Shown here: positions 38,201-39,208 of the stretch, piece by piece
Position numbering within the stretch: the stretch's first letter is position 1
How the letters are laid out: the number at the start of each line of letters is the position of its first letter
Assembly (NCBI GenBank): GCA_017443965.1
Contig: JAFSXP010000079.1
Coordinates: 1 to 39,208 of the forward strand
Length of the DNA stretch: 39,208 nucleotides
Source: Oscillospiraceae bacterium
Lineage (GTDB): Bacteria; Bacillota; Clostridia; Oscillospirales; Oscillospiraceae
Direction: 5' to 3'
Position numbers and translations under genes: made by a program
Notes under the pieces: generated by a model
What the model saw: only the letters and a program-made list of their open reading frames with translations
Told to the model about the DNA's origin: nothing
Databases searched by the model: none

Positions 38201-39208
38201 TCTCCACGGTGACGCCGAGGCGGAACGGCGTGTTGGAGAGGATGTTGTGCGGGACGTAGTAGTTGAGCGTCAGCTTCGGCTGGGGCAGGATGGTAATGGG
38301 AACGCCCTCCGTCTCCGTCTGCACCAGCTGTCCGTTGACGTAGTAGGACACCAGCGCGGAGGCGTAGTACACGCGCCCCTCCGGCTCCGTGCCGCCGAGG
38401 TCCGCGCCCGGAATGATCTGCCAGGTGGCGGTCAGTGCGCCGCCCGAGGGCAGGCTGCCGTTGCCGTCTACGTCGGAGATGCCGCTCACGCCCGTGGCGA
38501 TGATGAAGTTCCTGCCGCTCACGTCCGTGCCGTTCTCGTCCTTGACCAGAACGTCCACGCGCAGGTTGTTCAGCGCGAATTCGGGGTAGCCGTTGGTGAC
38601 CTTCAGCGTCGCGTCAAACGCCTGGCGCTCCAGCGTCGCGGTCTGGTTGAGGCTGAGCTTGACGATCTCGTAGACGGAGCCGCCGTCCTGCGCGAGCTCC
38701 TTCTCCCTGTCGATTTCCTCCGGCGCGATGTAACGCAGCTCCTCGATCTGCCCCTCGGGCAGGAGGACGGTCTCCTCCCTGACCTCATTGTTGTTCTCCG
38801 GCATACGCACCTCAAGCTTCACGGGCTTGTCGCTCGGATTGTAGAGGGGCAGGCTGCCGGTGATCTTCGGTGCGGGGTCGACGGGCATGCCCGTGTCGGG
38901 GTCGAAGGACACATATGAGCCTTCCAGCCGGATGTAGTTCTTTGCGTTGCCCGCGGCGTTCACGCCGTAGGGCAGGTTGTAGACGCCGGGCTGCACGAGC
39001 AGCTTGATGCGCGCGCTGCTCTGCGCGGGGATCTCGCCGATGTAGCCGCCGCCCACGATGCTGATGCCCATGTCGGAGGCGTTCTCGCGCACGACGGACG
39101 CGACCACGTCCGTAATGGCGATCAGACCGGTGTTGACCACGTTCGCCTCGACATAGACCGGCTCGGTCACGTTTTTCGGGATGTTGACCCACGGCGGGTT
39201 GAAGCCGA
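26244..39208 (-). CDS. Giant dockerin-terminated multidomain extracellular protein (>4,320 aa; 5' end beyond window)
   Basis: One uninterrupted frame. The track's first residue is a GTG at 39170, but the frame stays open to the window edge (GFNPPWVNIPKN|VTEPVYVEANVV...). The protein holds PKD, CARDB-like and carboxypeptidase-regulatory-like beta-sandwich modules, a long helical insert, Cys-rich repeats and a C-terminal dockerin. A terminator follows the stop. Confidence 0.9.
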   Translation of the reverse strand, partial: GFNPPWVNIPKNVTEPVYVEANVVNTGLIAITDVVASVVRENASDMGISIVGGGYIGEIPAQSSARIKLLVQPGVYNLPYGVNAAGNAKNYIRLEGSYVSFDPDTGMPVDPAPKITGSLPLYNPSDKPVKLEVRMPENNNEVREETVLLPEGQIEELRYIAPEEIDREKELAQDGGSVYEIVKLSLNQTATLERQAFDATLKVTNGYPEFALNNLRVDVLVKDENGTDVSGRNFIIATGVSGISDVDGNGSLPSGGALTATWQIIPGADLGGTEPEGRVYYASALVSYYVNGQLVQTETEGVPITILPQPKLTLNYYVPHNILSNTPFRLGVTVENHGYGEAMNLNINSGQLKVESNQSGMITDFEILDSSFGSSSGSEFKLSFGNVPAATREYNEETGEWDLVPGKVSGYWIVRWNMPITEGDPYEGEFREFKATLTHKDYKGVQLNPLIVAANTSIIGKDGVLAGSEGEKGLALVNEGDTGFCDYLLNLDTGLRVPIYVPDSVRVTSDYDGSAMTVVAAGPKTDVSARYQVVMIPEPEGCGSIAAVKFGVRADGSDAVTLSPGNYWKDYGYIYIVSEIPIRYADDLTRSYPDGYYTVEFGSAAFISAVDYSRFTYVAADPDTPGAVQLGKGTTGWYLKQTAYYDTGVYPDVGDRDITLRATIDNRGKENLSGYVVFTATPTDSDTPEFRSAEIAFANIIPYAVQAVYCTDWTPARGTTYTITAELHDNGGSLISTATGKATVNDLPYSHAGADITDAVMGQQVRFDGSRSYDTDGYIGSFVWDFGDGESGYGPTPTHVYQHAGTYRASLYVTDSNLSSTEPYLRDPVTDEIIASSRTEYNYFSEIQVTVNADCPDLFINNIAFSNDSPNKGDTVTATATIQNGTLPNTGGLTPTGADAYYLVGFYLNDKYIGFAEMNGDLEVGSTATASIDFKAEAGAQKLSAVVNDIGRNIREVNYDNNRFDTVLSGSETDFADLAVSGFSAAVTDGDTVSWGAPITVSATVRNNGTAAAPAFKVLLYDNDKLVVSRLIDGLAAGAGENVSFTWKPENGGGHVLKFVADGPISSVVEMDEENNTAAAVYSSLTILYPDLEVTGIDTGMTAATLAPGQNIVLYATVKNIGAGDATKATRLSFYADSRFIGSTEVTALRCGESTLVSFVWKDPAISVSSITAVADAGEVLAERSETNNIATTRFAAPIKVSSSKLEITDITTTGAAKYGDSARTVVTIRNSGDRAIEQPFKVVLYVGGSRVGVAECGALAAGESAPVTIDWTAQVSGSCTMRVYADAESKLVLADRSAASAVRTIEIASGLILTGGTDGASYCVGDTVEITASVASSDASYLPVEADSFSAVITKAGGGDTAVEMRYDASTGTYTGSAVMTQTGSYTLSLTAEKDGVTKSVESAFTVADDFRVTLDNANEQSYRLGDAVLVTGFVSNTDGSGIAGAAVTVTAVGSERFSADAVTASDGSYSAAIELPEGVGGAFALRAAATYSAVERRSDRVTFYVDGVSVDVDDRLTVVQGSDAVLAGYLNNPGVTATEIGGVTVSGLPDGLTYEIVSAPNGTLAAESGAAVTIRFTASNTLAPNDYDVTVNAGGGTKTVKITCERAVARARVNVIGSGEAESEGLQTPSITMSLRQGAAASAVIRLTNIGTAPITGVSASTDLPFVLLTGVDPEAVIQPVSRGYSIRDPQGSMSIVATASPTDSCLTGVYDGTVTITSPSLSEPVTVPIKVSVGAGMIGTAVFEIRNQDNTLLQNAEMTLVGLDEQLDPVVFGQTSDENGLVTFENIPAGDYSLTVTAADHSTLETTVAIAALIDRTPRIVTLQRSLFTFSVDEETMEELRSATAASPNYNNLTFKAKLLADGNQTSLVPNFVGDEKEFFYQSGKMIGKVSFMNPEHAAESVSGVTVRITDLDTDIPTGAVSISTGGSLSPVKNIGTVKPNGVFDVVWSLDIDSFFLIADVSATETAGEYAVRFPDGVTEAQRKAYLAANDPASVGSLTLVSFDAATNTGIYRTAVAEDGTSSPPSDRVPVFYGEKPYWFDFVILASGTNAETGELIETRVPVRVHYVAPDYYVSAGETDPYDADGNYTGYKAGSIYDVHPDIEQKVQVDPAFDPASGTVSKMKYSTGFLNRLQQSVPDLPEDNEDVSVDFGFAGSVGYEGQITSLKFSLKNPSKMHPMENVRLRLVLTDGPEEGSEPLTPNVNITCKGGSMTVDGDAIGGRIEPGEETEVTCRFRLDRLIRDYGWIEEYDESLMQYVTKQSASGKVYARFEMTFEIDGKEYSYTTSAREYEVREKPKLYVSYDLLQDASGKYFLTATVTNLGAGDANNVTIGVPTIPAVDGMEMRVVGVSSTKGVVMMSNRVTAEQDRVEISVLHAGDTAVISYELAIIGEMSNAKQLSLGKLAALPSLPIKSSLGADVIVAPMQLEQMNTMRTADNLRSIQTELGELSTNLTLLTDKTASELGRSLGDIYDYTSNLKRAISIGEVYSGIGKLVNLFMTLKGYVDLRSSLSDLGKGVSEMKLEPTKFGQLDAYRSNFSKAMEVLSQDMDWIVNFVPKDIPYWQGTVEELLNVDDVNQTMFKFGAVASAYRAKISAAAELLAQACNDVNTAMETTDAAVRAEKIKLARVNMEKAAELAKEAHALREPMLEELAKQRDELSGDGLMAQMNRYKLEEAAYLDLAKAESMLAPQINNVVAALAQLTRLADLEEKVDTMQKSADGMSDLLSGEEAYTSDAKALSTAARQIFTSIGYDPNGSAKDKLDALRKNRNAWNETVTNFYLIPFKWLASDFQVVDAAHLKSVNASTPEMVNTVGAVLGKLERGEISDGQLAGEIVRTVVGNDPSANEWFNQTQFTSDFSAEYGKCVSKTDKYRCVATAIVKLSLRKLIDETKFKAAYSKLTIAGGKSDYRLTLDAATEASLGAATNVYNIQNGANATLTEISGMIDRYLNDPDMLTGYYPSTQLLDYVKGLNASISAMVRQSNGEPIPASRVGRYRSLWTYSGGGYDLTTNEITLGELYKAQQVVDSLLAEGWMNVDSRYQLNSLKAAETSWSLIGTALSVAPATPAGVVTGTMLGMAGNVLSIGNEGIATALNTLDDGNLFNLSKATADLAATTNLMLSKEAAVAGDLKSVFETMERWRKIDPELPIEIVTADVGDLVTDAKDFDYVTAAISVHNGHTGTVTVAPTVDIYDSFGFVTTASMGTQTVAAGATADFTASIAVPINLLRDAGGYTAVFTFAASEADTMTIAPTFGPYVTHFNVGSKKTVEYLRTNAMATQPLGGTLAAGESRTATVSAPDGSVLYVFAAALSGEENLRLTVTGAGTQQKLSLIGDDDFVLIPDATGDYTITVVNAGDSELTFDLSTVVTPDCGAVAGLDMPYIAALAGEYSDKSGESGVKAALPLSVYETGQTTGMNVTVSATALTGADRTIPAPTITAANGTETESVFTLDAGGGKQMILNYYPDADTPDGDYTGSVTIRIVADRFNTDVSAYEWTPVNGGWELTVPVTVRLDTAVPGATELKAGNASDGTIAVQGTAQPDATVAIFLAEDESDAGVFEGIVTANADGSYDAALIPQYNGVSYVYARVIGSNGKLGEESERVPVTTAVGDSTAPVVTLLTPQTDILLGTDVKEFIFTVSDDESALDGVPVLTVDGTAATVTETSLGRYRAVPAGGSVGDGTHTVVITAVSGGGRTRNTYTVIVGEQIEAVFSVTADRVAAADATVTVNGESVTTGADGKATINLLPGEYEYTVTKDGYLPASGTAAFSAVSRTESVALATGGTVRVIVNGNGGSVPGAAVTFGDHSAVSGADGVAELTIPYGTYRWTVSAVGYKGKNGSFSFTALTDDPLVVSLDVDRSGMFSAYLRITDAVETPICDAAVTLDGETQQTDANGEVLFLKNVGSYDVTAEAALYQTYADSVTVDATGNVQVIALQAKGASFDPLTETLTLESGYTAWTAASGGEELGGETVGNCTEDVIVYIENASGDRTPYRIEALGHDYAAVVTPPTCTATGYTTYTCTRCGDSYVADETAALGHDLVHHDAKVPTCTGIGWAAYDTCTRCDYTTYAEIPATGHTADAAVRENETAPTCTAAGSYDEVVYCSVCHAELSRVTKPIPAMGHTAGAAVRENEIAPTCTAAGSYDEVVYCSVCHAELSRVTKPIAALGHDLSYSAEGAVLTEICSRCDHTASATISAVRSRYTGEPVTAATVEYSDGWLGGELEIAYANNTAFGTATASITAGGATAVTTFRIYVPGDVDGNGTVNMRDVLRLRQFMAGGYGVTVDQEDGDVDHNGSINMRDVLRLRQYMAGGYGIVLT
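26247..26445 (-). other. Type-I dockerin module (C-terminus of the giant protein)
   Basis: Two duplicated Ca-binding loop-helix segments: GDVDGNGTVNMRDVLRLRQFMAG and GDVDHNGSINMRDVLRLRQYMAG. The two DNA segments are also nearly identical, about 99 nt apart. Confidence 0.85.
26640..27225 (-). repeat. Five tandem Cys-rich mini-domains (GH-x7-12-PTCTxxG-x5-8-C-x2-C), two of them a near-identical 138-bp duplication
   Basis: The five units are ALGHDYAAVVTPPTCTATGYTTYTCTRCG, ALGHDLVHHDAKVPTCTGIGWAAYDTCTRCD, ATGHTADAAVRENETAPTCTAAGSYDEVVYCSVCH, AMGHTAGAAVRENEIAPTCTAAGSYDEVVYCSVCH and ALGHDLSYSAEGAVLTEICSRCDH. DNA copies at about 26712-26849 and 26850-26987 differ only by scattered transitions. Confidence 0.8.
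27395..28092 (-). other. Three consecutive carboxypeptidase-regulatory-like (CarboxypepD_reg / Cna-B-like) beta-sandwich modules
   Basis: The pattern V.V.....A.V......T...G...L.L..G.Y.Y.V...GY recurs three times, for example ATVTVNGESVTTGADGKATINLLPGEYEYTVTKDGY. A fourth copy lies at about 33775-33990 (ENGLVTFENIPAGDYSLTVTAADH). Confidence 0.55.
29760..31925 (-). other. Alpha-helical insert of about 720 aa (track residues about 2415-3137) within the giant protein
   Basis: The composition switches abruptly from a G/T/V/D-rich beta-type sequence to an A/L/E/K/Q-rich sequence with heptad-like stretches (AAELLAQACNDVNTAMETTDAAVRAEKIKLARVNMEKAAELAKEAHALREPMLEELAKQRDEL). Secondary structure is inferred from composition only. 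Confidence 0.5.
35290..36650 (-). repeat. Four tandem CARDB-like domains
   Basis: Each unit of about 110 aa starts with (P/A)DL.(V/I) and contains V.(N/I).N.G...A.. Three end in (E/D).NN: PDLFINNIAF...NYDNNRFD, ADLAVSGFSA...EMDEENNTAA and PDLEVTGIDT...ERSETNNIAT. The fourth begins KLEITDITTT. Confidence 0.7.
36740..36965 (-). other. PKD domain
   Basis: VRFDGSRSYDTDGYIGSFVWDFGDGESGYGPTPTHVYQHAGTYRASLYVTDSN contains the canonical WDFGDG and HxY..xGxY.V.L.V.D PKD signature. Confidence 0.8.

Overview
GC-rich chromosomal segment that looks like Clostridia (Oscillospirales-like is my inference). All supported genes except one are on the minus strand. Positions 1-24.4 kb are ordinary, tightly packed core genes. 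They begin with a conserved proteostasis block (tig-clpP-clpX-lon-engB plus a small BFD-like [2Fe-2S] ORF cut by the window start). A translationally coupled rplS / lepB-rbgA-rnhB-yraN-dipeptidase-phosphoesterase string follows. Next come a stand-alone GH38 alpha-mannosidase and a TPP-riboswitch-controlled thiamine salvage operon (thiT-thiN plus a UDG-superfamily glycosylase). Then come an SDR-MATE pair and a sugar utilisation operon (Gfo/Idh/MocA oxidoreductase, xylose-isomerase-like TIM barrel, and a CUT2-type ABC transporter). The accessory part is 24.4-39.2 kb. It holds an AT-rich divergent control region, an orphan 466-aa lipoprotein (the only plus-strand gene), and one uninterrupted giant ORF (26244 to the window end). 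That ORF is over 4,320 aa and its 5' end lies off-window. It encodes a multidomain beta-sandwich protein with PKD, CARDB-like and carboxypeptidase-regulatory-like modules. It ends in tandem Cys-rich mini-domains and a C-terminal type-I dockerin, and it carries an unexpected ~720-aa alpha-helical insert with a glycine-zipper-like hydrophobic segment. I recognise no catalytic motif in it, and it is the main candidate for something new. No rRNA, tRNA, CRISPR array or mobile element was seen. The many long ORFs antisense to these genes are artefacts of high GC content. All domain calls come from reading motifs by eye, not from searches.
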